Assembly: GCA_963718575.1 (NCBI GenBank)
Contig: OY970358.1
Coordinates: 258,172-322,171, forward strand
Reading direction: 5' to 3'
Length of the DNA: 64,000 nt
From: an uncultured bacterium
Lineage (GTDB): Bacteria > Patescibacteriota > Minisyncoccia > UBA6257 > 2-01-FULL-56-20
In this document: one piece after another, positions 37,898-48,179 of the stretch
Position numbering within the stretch: position 1 is the stretch's first letter
Layout: every line of letters starts with the position of its first letter
Program-made: the position numbers and the translations under genes
Notes under the pieces: model-generated
What the model saw: only the letters and a program-made list of their open reading frames with translations
Told to the model about the DNA's origin: nothing
Database searches by the model: none

Positions 37898-39673
37898 TTA
37901 TTGAAGAATAAAATCGTTTGTATTGTTGTCCGTATCCACCATCGCGCCACCCGACGAGCGGCGCGAAAGCAATTGGTTCGCGCCGGGACTCGTCGGATAC
38001 GGCGGGCCTTCGCCATACTGGTTCACGCCCGCCCCCCATGCGACCGCGTCGACGATATTCCCCGTCGCGTCCATGAGCGCCACACTGTTGTCCGCCGCCA
38101 ACGTCTCGGTGCTCGACACATCCGCGCCGACGGTCTCGGAAAATCCGCCGGTGGCATTTGCCCACACAAACGACTGCCCCGGTGCGATCGCGCTTCCCGC
38201 AGGGAACTCTTTTAATGAATAATCGGCTCCCGTCTGGGACTTTTTATGCAATTTCCATCCGGTCATATCAACCGGGACGCCGGTCGGGTTGTAAAGCTCC
38301 ACAAGATCGTTCGTCGAGGAAGCGCCGGCGATCTGCACTGCAGAGATAAGGATATGGGCCGGGGAAGAGCCGCTTTCGCTGATATTTCCCGCATTTGTAT
38401 CACCGCCTCCTCCTCCATCGGTGGACGTTGAAGACGTGACAGGAGAGTCCACGTCCCCGATCGTGCTTGATGCGAATGCCGCCGGCGGAAGCGCCGAATC
38501 GAATTGCGCGGTGATGGACGTGTTCGCGGCAATCCTGAAGGAGCACACTGTTTCGCCATAACACAACCCGGACCATCCGTTGAACGTCGTGCTTGCCCCG
38601 GCGATCGGCATCAGCGCGATCTGCGTTCCGGACGCAAAACTTCCGGTGCAACTCGCGGCGCATATGAGCCCCGCAGGATCGCTCGTGATCGTCGCGCCCG
38701 CCGCGTTTCCTTCGAACGCAACGATGAGCTTGTACTGCGTTGGCGGTGGTCCTGCGGAATTTTCTGCGCCGGGAGTTCCGCCGGGCAATGCGCTCGTGTG
38801 CCATCCGATACCATCCGCATCGCGTTCAAGCGTGGCCTTCGTCGAATTATTCCCGCCCGGCCATCCGCTTGATGCGTCGAGATAATCCGATATACCGCAT
38901 TGCGGATCGACGAGCGCGAGCACATCGCCGGTATTCGCAAGATCGCCGGAATATATTTTTGCGGTGGAGGTGATTCCATCGCCAGGCGCGGAAGCGTCAC
39001 CGGTCCCGCGCACGAGCGTCAAAAAATCTCCCTGCGCGATCGCGTCTCCCGCGGAAAAGGATATTTTTATTTTCTTAGCCCCGTCCATCAATTCCCATCC
39101 CGAAAGATCGACGGTATCCGTAGAAATATTTTTCAACTCCATCCACTCAGCATCGGACGACGACAGCGACCCCATCCACGCGATCTCGTTAAAAATGATC
39201 TTTCGCGTGGCTGTTGGTGCAGCATCGGGAAACGAGCATGGTGCCGGGGTCGCGCTGGCAGAAAAATCTCCGCTGTCGCTCGAACTTTCATTCAAAGCCT
39301 TTTCATTTTCGCTCTCCGATGACAACGGAACGGTCGTCGTCGCCTGTAGCCCCTCGCCTTGTCCCTGCGTCATATCCGTTTGCGGTGCAGACGTACCGGA
39401 TTCCATGAGATCATCTTTCTTCTCCGCAGGTTTTTTTCTCAACGACAGCGAAGATGTCGCCGTGTCAATGCCTGTCCCCTGATCAAATGGTGGCGATAAG
39501 GATGAAACGCCGTCTATCGAAGAACGATCGACATCGGAGATCGCAGCGATCGGGACTCGCGCAATGCCAATGAGAGCGTTTATCTCTGCCGGGTCAAAAT
39601 AATATGCGACACCTCCCGCTATGGCAACGACAACAACGAAAAAAATGATGCTTATATATTTTTTATTGTTCAT
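37898..39673 (-). CDS. Secreted protein with two lamin-tail domains (LTD).
   Basis: IIFNEIAWMG...AEWMELKN...DLSGWEL, and again ILISAVQIAG...DLVELYNPT...DMTGWKL. These are LTD signature blocks. Confidence 0.6.
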   Translation of the reverse strand: MNNKKYISIIFFVVVVAIAGGVAYYFDPAEINALIGIARVPIAAISDVDRSSIDGVSSLSPPFDQGTGIDTATSSLSLRKKPAEKKDDLMESGTSAPQTDMTQGQGEGLQATTTVPLSSESENEKALNESSSDSGDFSASATPAPCSFPDAAPTATRKIIFNEIAWMGSLSSSDAEWMELKNISTDTVDLSGWELMDGAKKIKISFSAGDAIAQGDFLTLVRGTGDASAPGDGITSTAKIYSGDLANTGDVLALVDPQCGISDYLDASSGWPGGNNSTKATLERDADGIGWHTSALPGGTPGAENSAGPPPTQYKLIVAFEGNAAGATITSDPAGLICAASCTGSFASGTQIALMPIAGASTTFNGWSGLCYGETVCSFRIAANTSITAQFDSALPPAAFASSTIGDVDSPVTSSTSTDGGGGGDTNAGNISESGSSPAHILISAVQIAGASSTNDLVELYNPTGVPVDMTGWKLHKKSQTGADYSLKEFPAGSAIAPGQSFVWANATGGFSETVGADVSSTETLAADNSVALMDATGNIVDAVAWGAGVNQYGEGPPYPTSPGANQLLSRRSSGGAMVDTDNNTNDFILQ

Positions 39674-40373
39674 GCAAAAAAAGTACCATAATGCCCATTA
39701 AAAGGATCTTAAAGAAAATGCCGTCAAGTCCCCGAACCCCGGCCAGCCGAAAGAACCCCCTTTGCAAGGATGTATCTATATAGAGGGGCCTGGCTTATGG
39801 GAAAACCACCTCCAAGATCGGCCCCAAAAAGAGAGCTGTTTTAAGACAAAATTTCGCTTATAGCGGGGTTTTCCCTTAAAAAATTCTTTTCCAGGATTGA
39901 AGATTAAAAAAGTGTTATACTTTTATTCCACCCGACCGCGGGTCGCCCCGATTTCTTAAAAATCTGTTATAAAAAATTTCGATTTTTAAGGGGTTTTTAA
40001 AAACTAAGGGATGGAACAGGGGGTGCGGGCGGGGAATTCCATCAAAAAGACCGTGTCCAAAAACGGCCCGTGGCGGATCGCCTCCGCGCCGCCATTTTTA
40101 AAAAAATTTGTCCATTTTTTATCCGCCGATCCCCCGTCGTTATCCACAGCCCGCAGCCGTTTTTCAAACCCTGATGCTACACTATTTTTACATCAAAAAA
40201 ACAGGCGCCTCATCTTCATCCCTTCCCATGATGTTCATCGTGAATCACCTTATTAAAAAACGATACAGAGAAGAACGTATCCCGATCGGAGAACGGTCGG
40301 GCAAAAAACGTTTAGACGAAGAAGGTTTCATGCAGAGCGAGGCGAGCGGAAGAAAAAATAATCATTTACCATC

Positions 40374-43118
40374 ATGGAGCTGACCATAACCAAGCGAGAC
40401 GGCACGAAAGAACCATTTAACGCGGACAAAATCAATCGTTCCATCGAACGCGCGTGCGCGGGCCTGCAGGATCCCATCGGCATGGTCACGCAGATCGCCA
40501 CCGAGACGCGGCTCACGCTCTATGACGGCATCACGACGGAGGAAATGGACCAGGCGACGATCAACGCCGCCGTGCAGAACATAAAAGAGGACATCGAATA
40601 CGACAGAGTCGCGGTGCGATTGTTGTTGAAGACCATCTATCGAAAGGTTGTCGGCGATTATGAAGACAACCAGGAAATTCTGCGCAAGAAGCATCGTGAC
40701 GGATTCGCGGCGTGGATCACAAAAGGGATCGAAAACGGAATTCTGGATCCGCGCATGGCGGAAAAATTCGATCTCAAGGAATTGGCAGCGGCGCTCGACA
40801 TCCGCCGCGACGAATTGTTCGTGTACTCGGGCCTCGACACACTGCTCCACCGCTACGCGATCAAAGACAAGAACAACGATGCCGCAGAGACGCCGCAATA
40901 TCTTTTTATGCGCATCGCGATGGGACTCACCTTCAACGAGGCCGACCCCACGCTCTGGGCAAAGCGCTTCTATCAGAAGATGTCGCAGATGAAATACATC
41001 GCCGGCGGCTCCACGAATCTCGGCGCAGGCACCACGCGCCCGTCGCTCTCGAATTGTTTTTTGATCCAGATCGAAGATGACATGGAGCACATCGCAAAAT
41101 CGGTGGGCGACGTGATGATGCTCTCGAAGGCTTCGGGCGGCATCGGCGCAAACGTCACGAAGCTGCGCGCGACGGGTTCGCCATTGAAATCCAATAACAC
41201 TCCTTCTTCCGGTCCCACGCCATTCGCAAAAATAATAGATACCGCGATCCGCGCCGTACAGCGCGGCGGAAAGAAAAAAGGCGCGTTGTGTTTCTATATG
41301 GAAAATTGGCATATCGACTTCCCGGAATTTTTGGACTGGAAACACAATGCCGGCGACGACTATATGCGCATGCGCACCGCCGACACTGCGGCGTTCATCT
41401 CCGACGAGTTCATGAATCGCGTCGCGAATCATGACCTCTGGTATATGTTCGACCCCAAGGAGACCCAGGACCTCATCGAACTCTACGGCAAGGAATTCAG
41501 CGCCCGCTACGCACAATATATAGAGATGGCGGAAAGGGGCCAATTGCGGGTGTTTAAGAAGGTTCCGGCCGAGGAATTATACAGGCAGATGCTCACCGCC
41601 CTGCAGGCCACCGGCCACCCGTGGCTCACCTGGAAGGATCCGATGAACCTTAGGGCGCTGAACAACAACACCGGCACGATCCACATGTCGAACCTTTGCA
41701 CGGAGATCTGTCTTCCGCAGGACCGCGAGAACATCGCCGTCTGCAACCTTGCGTCATTGAATCTCGCGACCCACGTCCACAACAAGCAGATCGACTGGGA
41801 AAACCTGGAAGAGAGCATCCGCTTCGCGATCCATCAGCTCGACAACCTGATCGACATCAACGTGCTCCCCATCGCGGAGGCCACCCACTCGGACCAGGCG
41901 AACCGCGCGGTCGGACTCGGCGTGATGGGATTCTCGGACATGCTTGAACAGATCGGGCTTTCCTATGAGAGTGAACACGCGCATAACTTTGCGGACAAAG
42001 TGTTCGAGTTCGTGAGCTACGTCGCGATCGACGAAAGCGCGAACCTCGCCGCCGCGCGCGGCGCATATTCCAACTTCAAAGGTTCGGGGTGGTCAAAAGG
42101 TATGGTGCCGATCGACACGGTGAAGACCCTGGAAGAAGGCCGTGGCATGACGCTCACCGTCGCGCACGAACATCGCTATCGCGGGTTGAACTGGGATGCG
42201 CTCCGCGAGAAAGTAAAGAAGGGTATGCGCAACGCGACGCTTATGGCCACCGCGCCGAACGCGAACATCGGTCTCGTCGCGGGAACTACGCCGGGCATCG
42301 ATCCCCGCTTCGCGCAGGTCTTCTCGCGCAACAAGATCTCCGGAAAATATCTCGATCTCAATCACAATCTCGTGAACGATTTGAAGAACATGGGCATCTG
42401 GGAAAAAGTGAAGGACCGGATCATCGCCGACCAGGGAGACGTCTCCGCGATCGACGAGATCCCTCAGCACATCCGCGACATCTACAAGACATCGTTCAGC
42501 ACGTCGCCGTACGCGTTCATCGAAGTCGCCGCGCGCGCGCAGAAGTGGATGGACCAGTCGCTCTCGCGCAACATGTATCTCGAGACGCGCGACATCAACG
42601 AGATGATGGATATCTATGCGACCGCGTGGAAGAAGGGATTGAAGTCCACGTACTACCTGCACATGAAGCCGCGCCACACCGCAGAACAGTCGACGGTGCG
42701 CGTGAACAAAGCCGAGCAGATGGGCAAGCGCGGATTTGCCGCGGTGATGGAAGCCGCAGCCGAAGCGCCGGCAGTCGCGAACGAACAAGTGACCGTCGCC
42801 GAAGCCATCTCGAACGGCGAATCCATTGAGCAGCCAGTGAAGGTTGTCCAAGCGGTCGCCTCGTTCGGATTCGAACCGGAAGCGAAGGCGACGACCCCTG
42901 CCGAAATAACGCCAGCCAAGGCGGTCTCGGCAGGCCCGTTTGCCGCAGTGTCCGCAATAAAAGAAGAGTCTGCCTCCTCGGATCACATTCACACGCATAG
43001 CCCGCAGGCGCAGGCAAGACCGGAGGCTGTGCAGGCATCCGCACCCCACGCAAACGCCCCCCGCATCATGCCGCCAAGCGACCCGATGGAGCAGTTCCTC
43101 TGCGACAGCTGCCAGTAG
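40374..43118 (+). CDS. nrdA: Class Ia ribonucleotide reductase alpha subunit. It has an N-terminal ATP-cone and a long C-terminal extension ending in a CxxC tail.
   Basis: The ATP-cone (TKRDGTKEPFNADKINRSIERA), the catalytic core (NLCTEICLP, GLGVMGF), and a C-terminus ending ...FLCDSCQ. Confidence 0.9.
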   Translation: MELTITKRDGTKEPFNADKINRSIERACAGLQDPIGMVTQIATETRLTLYDGITTEEMDQATINAAVQNIKEDIEYDRVAVRLLLKTIYRKVVGDYEDNQEILRKKHRDGFAAWITKGIENGILDPRMAEKFDLKELAAALDIRRDELFVYSGLDTLLHRYAIKDKNNDAAETPQYLFMRIAMGLTFNEADPTLWAKRFYQKMSQMKYIAGGSTNLGAGTTRPSLSNCFLIQIEDDMEHIAKSVGDVMMLSKASGGIGANVTKLRATGSPLKSNNTPSSGPTPFAKIIDTAIRAVQRGGKKKGALCFYMENWHIDFPEFLDWKHNAGDDYMRMRTADTAAFISDEFMNRVANHDLWYMFDPKETQDLIELYGKEFSARYAQYIEMAERGQLRVFKKVPAEELYRQMLTALQATGHPWLTWKDPMNLRALNNNTGTIHMSNLCTEICLPQDRENIAVCNLASLNLATHVHNKQIDWENLEESIRFAIHQLDNLIDINVLPIAEATHSDQANRAVGLGVMGFSDMLEQIGLSYESEHAHNFADKVFEFVSYVAIDESANLAAARGAYSNFKGSGWSKGMVPIDTVKTLEEGRGMTLTVAHEHRYRGLNWDALREKVKKGMRNATLMATAPNANIGLVAGTTPGIDPRFAQVFSRNKISGKYLDLNHNLVNDLKNMGIWEKVKDRIIADQGDVSAIDEIPQHIRDIYKTSFSTSPYAFIEVAARAQKWMDQSLSRNMYLETRDINEMMDIYATAWKKGLKSTYYLHMKPRHTAEQSTVRVNKAEQMGKRGFAAVMEAAAEAPAVANEQVTVAEAISNGESIEQPVKVVQAVASFGFEPEAKATTPAEITPAKAVSAGPFAAVSAIKEESASSDHIHTHSPQAQARPEAVQASAPHANAPRIMPPSDPMEQFLCDSCQ

Positions 43119-43173
43119 CGCCCCGTCGCTTGTTTTTAAAAAAAGATTAAGATAACATAAATCAACTAAAACC

Positions 43174-44169
43174 ATGTTGATCGGCAAAGCATCCCCGGAG
43201 GATATGAACCTCCATCCAATTCAATACCAGTGGGCATACGACCTCTACCAGCAGGCGGTGCGCAACACGTGGTTCCCGCACGAGATCGCGCTCAAGGAGG
43301 ATCTGTACGACTGGGAAAAGATGACGGACGACGAGCGTCACGCGGTGAAGTTCCTGATGGCATTCTTCAATCCGGGCGAGTTGATCGTCAATCGCTCGAT
43401 CGCGCTCGGCATCTATCCGTATTTAAAATCGCCGGAGTGCCATCTCTATCTTGCAAAGCAGATGTGGGAGGAAGCGAACCACTGCGTTGCTTTTGAATAT
43501 GTATTGGAAACATTCCCGCTCGACCGATCGAACGTTTTCAATCTTCACCTCGACACGCCGTCCATGAAGGCAAAGGAGGATTACATCAACAAGTACATGC
43601 GCCGCATGACGGAAGACACGCTCGACGTCACGACGCCCGACGGCAAGAAGGATTTCATCCGCAACCTCGTGGCGACGAACATCGTGATGGAAGGCATCTG
43701 GTTCTACAGCGGCTTCATGGTGGTGCTCTCGTTCCGCCAGCGCAACCAGCTCCGCAACTTCGGTTCGATGATCAACTGGGTGATCCGCGACGAGTCGCTC
43801 CATCTCAAGTTCGGCATGAACCTCATCCAGAATATTTTGGAAGAGAACGCAGAATTGTTGACGAAAGAATTTGCCGACGAGATCAAGAATATTGTCGTCG
43901 AAGGCGTGAACCTTGAGGTTGATTACAACCGCGATCTTTTCCCGCGCGGCATCCTCGGCTTGAACGCAGATTACGTGAATCAATACGTGCAATACGTCGC
44001 GGACCGCCGCCTCGAAGAACTCGGCATCGGCGCGCACTATGGCGCAAAGAACCCGGCCAAGTGGATGGCAGGCGCAACCGACGTACTTGAGCTCGTAAAC
44101 TTCTTTGAAGCGCAAAACACATCGTACGAAGTGGACGGCCACGCCGCTGACAAAAAGAAGGCAGAATAA
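43174..44169 (+). CDS. nrdB: Class Ia ribonucleotide reductase beta subunit.
   Basis: A ferritin-like fold with the di-iron ligands (EANHCVAFEY..., RDESLHLKFG). Confidence 0.85.
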   Translation: MLIGKASPEDMNLHPIQYQWAYDLYQQAVRNTWFPHEIALKEDLYDWEKMTDDERHAVKFLMAFFNPGELIVNRSIALGIYPYLKSPECHLYLAKQMWEEANHCVAFEYVLETFPLDRSNVFNLHLDTPSMKAKEDYINKYMRRMTEDTLDVTTPDGKKDFIRNLVATNIVMEGIWFYSGFMVVLSFRQRNQLRNFGSMINWVIRDESLHLKFGMNLIQNILEENAELLTKEFADEIKNIVVEGVNLEVDYNRDLFPRGILGLNADYVNQYVQYVADRRLEELGIGAHYGAKNPAKWMAGATDVLELVNFFEAQNTSYEVDGHAADKKKAE

Positions 44170-44180
44170 GGAAACGAAAA

Positions 44181-44240
44181 AGGATGTGCTTCTCGACCCA
44201 AGTGAGCGGACTCAACGGTCTTCGAAGCACATCCTTTTTC
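44181..44240 (+). terminator. Intrinsic terminator after nrdB (an 11-bp stem, aggatgtgcttc...gaagcacatcct, followed by a U run).
   Basis: Seen directly. Confidence 0.6.
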
Positions 44241-44291
44241 ATTTCCATTCCTTCTTTTTATCGGCAGTCGAGGTGTATAATATAAGAATCC

Positions 44292-44927
44292 ATGAATTTG
44301 AAGACTGTTCTCGTCACCCTTTGCTGCGTCGCGGTCGCGCTCGGCCTCGTCACGTTCTACGTGGTGTTTTATAGCGGCGGCGGAACATATGTGGTGAGCT
44401 CGGCGCTCGGGCCCGATGCGGGGATTTTTGCGACGAGCACTCCCCCGCCGGCGACAGCGGACTCCACCCCGTCATCCACGCTTGCGCTCGCATCATCCTC
44501 CGCCAGTTCCACCACCTCATCGACACTGCCTTCAACACAGATCGGCGCGGCCCCCGTCGCGTGGACACAGGGCAATGAAACTCTTTCCGTCACCGATGCT
44601 ACGGTCTCCGGTTCCCAATTGACGCTTGGCGTGCAAGTGGCGATGGGTTCCGTCTCGGAATGCGTGCCGCTCAATATGCGGATGATCGCAGATGAGCAAG
44701 GCGATCTTTCCCCGCCCATCACGCCGCAATTCACCTTCCCCGACACCGGCACATGCAACGGTACGCCAGGCGAAACATACAGTGCGCAACCGATCGTCTT
44801 CACCCTTGATACTCCCGTCACGTTCCCCATCATCCTCACGACCGGCGGCACCGCGAATGTTTTATTCGAAGTCGTTCAGAACTCCGACGGGAGCTTGACC
44901 GTGCAGCTACCGCCAAACTCGGATTAA
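44292..44927 (+). CDS. Secreted Ser/Thr-rich hypothetical protein.
   Basis: A signal or transmembrane N-terminus, a TonB-independent low-complexity linker, and no known domain. Confidence 0.4.
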   Translation: MNLKTVLVTLCCVAVALGLVTFYVVFYSGGGTYVVSSALGPDAGIFATSTPPPATADSTPSSTLALASSSASSTTSSTLPSTQIGAAPVAWTQGNETLSVTDATVSGSQLTLGVQVAMGSVSECVPLNMRMIADEQGDLSPPITPQFTFPDTGTCNGTPGETYSAQPIVFTLDTPVTFPIILTTGGTANVLFEVVQNSDGSLTVQLPPNSD

Positions 44928-46521
44928 AAATAATCAAAGCGTGCACCATTGAAAATATTCCCCTGTCTGCTACAATAGTATGCGTATTCCGCGATAGCTC
45001 AATGGTAGAGCGGCGCCCTGTTAAGGCGATGGTTCCAGGTTCGAGTCCTGGTCGCGGAGCCAAGTTGGATGATAGTGCTAAATCGAGCACTGCATCGAAT
45101 GGTTTACGTAAGGAATACTTGAGTTTTCTGTCGGTTACCGATAGGTTCGATAGTACGAAATTGATAATTGCGTGTTTTTCGCTTACTTCCGAACCTTCAA
45201 AGATGATGCGGATGCGGCGGCATAGATTTATTACCGTAGATACGTGGATGTGGTACTCGTGATCTGCTTTCGTATGCTCGTCGAGTTCGAGATTGAGCCG
45301 GTACTGTCGATCCTTGAGATCTTGCAGCTTTTTGTCATACTCGTCTTTGGTAATACTCGTGCCGTCGAGGTAAAGATCGGTCAGCCGGTCGATCCGGCGC
45401 TGGGTTTGGTCAAACTCGGCCCGCACCCTCGTAAGCTCGCGGTTGCGGAACTCAATCTCGGCCTCGTTTGATTTGCGAAGCTCCTCGACCAGCCGTTCCT
45501 GCACGTCGCGGGATATGCCCTCGAAGGCCTTAAAGAGCTCGTAGATGGGCTCAAGAAGGATGCGCTCGGACACGTACACGCGCTTGCAGTTCCCTTTGCC
45601 GTTCGTGCAGGCATACGTGACATACTTTCCCTTTTTGAGCTCGGGCGTATAAAGGCAACCACATTTCGGGCAGCGGATGAGGCCCTTGAAAATACGATCG
45701 GCCGAAACCATCTTCGCTGGCATTTTATTCTTCATCAGCAGAATTGCTTGGCACTTTTCGAAAAGCTCGCGCGTAATGAGGTGTGGGTAACGATGGGCAA
45801 ACAGCATATCGTATTTTTTTGAATATGCCATGCCGTGATAGAAATGATCCTTGAGGATTGCCTCGATGTTGCTGCGCGAGAGCGGCTTACCATCCTTGCT
45901 ACGCAATCCGAGCTTGGTCATCTGCTGCCAAAGTGTCGTGATCGAATAATTGCCGCTCGCGTAGAGCTCAAAGAGGCGCACAATGAGATGCGCTCGCTCG
46001 GGATCGGGTTCGATGTCTTTTTTGCCATCTTCCCGTGTAACATTGACATATCCGATGATGGCTCTGCCGTTTACTTCTCCACTCCGGCGACGTTGTTCGT
46101 TCTTGCGCTTCACGTTATCGCCCAGCTGCAATACGTAGCTCCGCGCAAACATCACACCCATATCCCAGCGAATGAGGTCAGCGCTGTTCGAGTTTTTATT
46201 GATCACGAGGTTCTCTCGGTAAAAGTGGATCTCGAGTTTGCCCTGCTTTCGTAGTTCGTCCAAGACGACGGAGTCGCGGAAACTGCGCTGGAGCCGGTCG
46301 ATCGTATCTACGATGAGCGCGACGGGTTCTTTCGATTGCTCGATGTCGTGGATGACCTGCTGAAACCGCTTGCGATCTCCTCGCGTCGACGACTCTTCAA
46401 TCTCGTAGGTCTTCCATACCTCAAGCTGTTTGTTCTTGATGTAATCCCCGAGACGTGTCAGCTGGGCTTCGTTGGAGTCCTGTTTTTCATCTGATACCCG
46501 GGCGAGAATAATTGCTTTCAT
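44836..46521 (-). CDS. Large serine recombinase (integrase). The ORF reads through the tRNA-Asn gene, so the last roughly 75 codons are probably fusion into host sequence.
   Basis: An N-terminal resolvase domain (IILARVSDEKQD with the catalytic Ser, DTIDRLQRS), a recombinase domain, a zinc ribbon (CPKCGCLYTPE...YACTNGKGNC) and a coiled-coil. Confidence 0.8.
   Translation of the reverse strand: MKAIILARVSDEKQDSNEAQLTRLGDYIKNKQLEVWKTYEIEESSTRGDRKRFQQVIHDIEQSKEPVALIVDTIDRLQRSFRDSVVLDELRKQGKLEIHFYRENLVINKNSNSADLIRWDMGVMFARSYVLQLGDNVKRKNEQRRRSGEVNGRAIIGYVNVTREDGKKDIEPDPERAHLIVRLFELYASGNYSITTLWQQMTKLGLRSKDGKPLSRSNIEAILKDHFYHGMAYSKKYDMLFAHRYPHLITRELFEKCQAILLMKNKMPAKMVSADRIFKGLIRCPKCGCLYTPELKKGKYVTYACTNGKGNCKRVYVSERILLEPIYELFKAFEGISRDVQERLVEELRKSNEAEIEFRNRELTRVRAEFDQTQRRIDRLTDLYLDGTSITKDEYDKKLQDLKDRQYRLNLELDEHTKADHEYHIHVSTVINLCRRIRIIFEGSEVSEKHAIINFVLSNLSVTDRKLKYSLRKPFDAVLDLALSSNLAPRPGLEPGTIALTGRRSTIELSRNTHTIVADRGIFSMVHALIIFNPSLAVAARSSSRRSSERLRIKHSRCRRS
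44988..45062 (+). tRNA. tRNA-Asn (anticodon GTT).
   Basis: A 75-nt cloverleaf. The acceptor stem is tccgcga/tcgcgga and the D-arm is gctcaatggtagagc. The anticodon loop CUGUUAA resembles E. coli tRNA-Asn. The T-arm is ccagg-ttcgagt-cctgg, followed by the discriminator G and CCA. Confidence 0.8.
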
Positions 46522-46523
46522 GA

Positions 46524-46706
46524 TTACTTGGTCCTCGTTTTTTTAAGAAAGCGATCGAACTCGGCCTTTTCGACGCGAAACTCTTTTCCTATCTTGTGCG
46601 CCGCAAGCCGCTTCGCTTTTATATAGCGGTAAATCGTCATGATGTTCACGCGAAGCGCGGCGGCGAGTTCCTCTGCGGTATAGAACTGTTTGTGGTTTTT
46701 AGTCAT
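46524..46706 (-). CDS. Excisionase-family HTH DNA-binding protein, a possible recombination directionality factor.
   Basis: YTAEELAAALRVNIMTIYRYIKAKRLAAHKIGKEFRVEKAEFDRFL is a typical excisionase-type HTH. It lies 3 nt upstream of the recombinase. Confidence 0.6.
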   Translation of the reverse strand: MTKNHKQFYTAEELAAALRVNIMTIYRYIKAKRLAAHKIGKEFRVEKAEFDRFLKKTRTK

Positions 46707-46776
46707 GGTGTTGTTATTATCATACTTTACATTGGTTTACATAGCAAGCTGGCACTTTATGCTTGTTTTATTGCGC

Positions 46777-47991
46777 TCACGGCCCGCTTAAGGTGTTCCG
46801 AAGGTCTTTATTCGGCTTGTTCTTCGCTCGGTTCTGAATGCGAAATGGCTGGTATTGCACAATCGAGGACTTCACTTGATCGTACCAATCGCGAGGTTTG
46901 ATCGCTCCGAGATCTGCCGCAACACGTTTCAAATCTGCAACGAGACGATACCATGTGCGGCTGTTCATCTTGCGTCCGAAGGCACTGCGAAGCTCTCTCA
47001 TGCCCTTACCGTCACGGGCTGTGATAATAAGGCCCGTGAGATAAAGCGCGTGGTTCGGCTTGGTCTTCTTGCGTGAGAGGATTACCTGCCGGAGCAAATC
47101 CTTTGGAGTAAGCGCGTGAGCAAAGAGCAGCACGCTATTCCCCTCAATCATCGTATTCCAGTAGTGCGTCATAACCTTCACGCTCCGCTCTTCAGAAAAA
47201 ACATCACGGAACGTCGGGTTTTGCCCAAGACCAAGAGTGTCGAACACTGCGTTCATTTTTTTCTTCTGACTCAACCTCACTTCGAAGCGAACTATCTCTT
47301 TTCGCTTTTCGAGCGAAGGAAAGAGTGCAAGCTGTTTTTTAGTTTGATCGCGGTCGACTGCTTTCCGGCCCCGCACGAGATCGGCTATTTTGTCGTAAAC
47401 GACGAACGCATGCGCGAATGTGTGGGCGTGTAAGCTCTGTCCGTCATTTTGATACCGCTCTCGCGCGAGATCAAAACGCTTATTGAGGTCGATTTTTCCC
47501 AACTCGCTAATGACGTACTGGGCCGTGTAGCCATTTCGCAAATCAATGTTTCGCGAGTAGTGAACGGCGGTCACGGTTGCATTGGAGAGGTCACGCACGG
47601 AAACGTAAGCAGACATTCGATCCATACGATCCTTGAGTGCCGCAACGACGTCATTGAATTGCGATGCCTCGAGCTCGTCGAGATTATTTCCGTAGATAAG
47701 TTTTGGTGCGGAAAACTCGATGCGGATTGTCGATCCCTCAAACCGGCGGCGGTAGCCGGTCAAGCGCGGAAAATACAATCCAGTTTTTTCATCCGCTGCC
47801 GTAGCGTTGTGAACATACTTGTCGTATGCCCCCGTACGCGCCTGAAGATCCCATGTCTTACCACCATTGGCTACCGGGCCCAAAATAACTTTTTCTCGCG
47901 GGATTGAAAGAATGATGGTGTCAATCATGGTTTTGGGGGTTTTGGGACGCGACATTTTTATCATCATTTTGGGCGTTAAGCCGTCGATCAA
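46777..47991 (-). CDS. Putative HUH-endonuclease-type replication initiator or relaxase.
   Basis: A YxxxY motif (NGYTAQYVISELGK) followed by an HUH-like LHAHTFAHAF motif. The overall layout is that of a rolling-circle Rep or Mob protein. The true start is probably internal, about 47928-47967. Confidence 0.4.
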   Translation of the reverse strand: MIDGLTPKMMIKMSRPKTPKTMIDTIILSIPREKVILGPVANGGKTWDLQARTGAYDKYVHNATAADEKTGLYFPRLTGYRRRFEGSTIRIEFSAPKLIYGNNLDELEASQFNDVVAALKDRMDRMSAYVSVRDLSNATVTAVHYSRNIDLRNGYTAQYVISELGKIDLNKRFDLARERYQNDGQSLHAHTFAHAFVVYDKIADLVRGRKAVDRDQTKKQLALFPSLEKRKEIVRFEVRLSQKKKMNAVFDTLGLGQNPTFRDVFSEERSVKVMTHYWNTMIEGNSVLLFAHALTPKDLLRQVILSRKKTKPNHALYLTGLIITARDGKGMRELRSAFGRKMNSRTWYRLVADLKRVAADLGAIKPRDWYDQVKSSIVQYQPFRIQNRAKNKPNKDLRNTLSGP

Positions 47992-48142
47992 TTTTTAGTA
48001 AGAGATCGAAAAGGCCCACGATGTTACGGCGCGACTCGGGATCATCAAAAACGGCCCCGCTATTGATCTCTGCCGACGAGGTATCTGGCTTTTTTATTGA
48101 GTTGTGTTTATTTTGACCAGACATAAAAATAACCCGATGCAA
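47921..48142 (-). CDS. Small hypothetical protein of 73 aa.
   Basis: ORF only. Confidence 0.25.
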   Translation of the reverse strand: MHRVIFMSGQNKHNSIKKPDTSSAEINSGAVFDDPESRRNIVGLFDLLLKIDRRLNAQNDDKNVASQNPQNHD

Positions 48143-48179
48143 TCAGGTTATTCGATGACTGGTTTAAGACCGCTTACTC

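Noticed and set aside
39990-40110. A cobalamin riboswitch upstream of nrdA, which would be plausible because a B12-dependent nrdJ is also present.
   Set aside because: GGGAA and GUGGC-like segments are present, but the B12-box (GCCACUG) and the GGUGaaAAuCC core are not found on the coding strand.
40362-43187. Long minus-strand ORFs (393 aa and 364 aa) overlapping nrdA.
   Set aside because: They are shadow ORFs antisense to the well-conserved nrdA.
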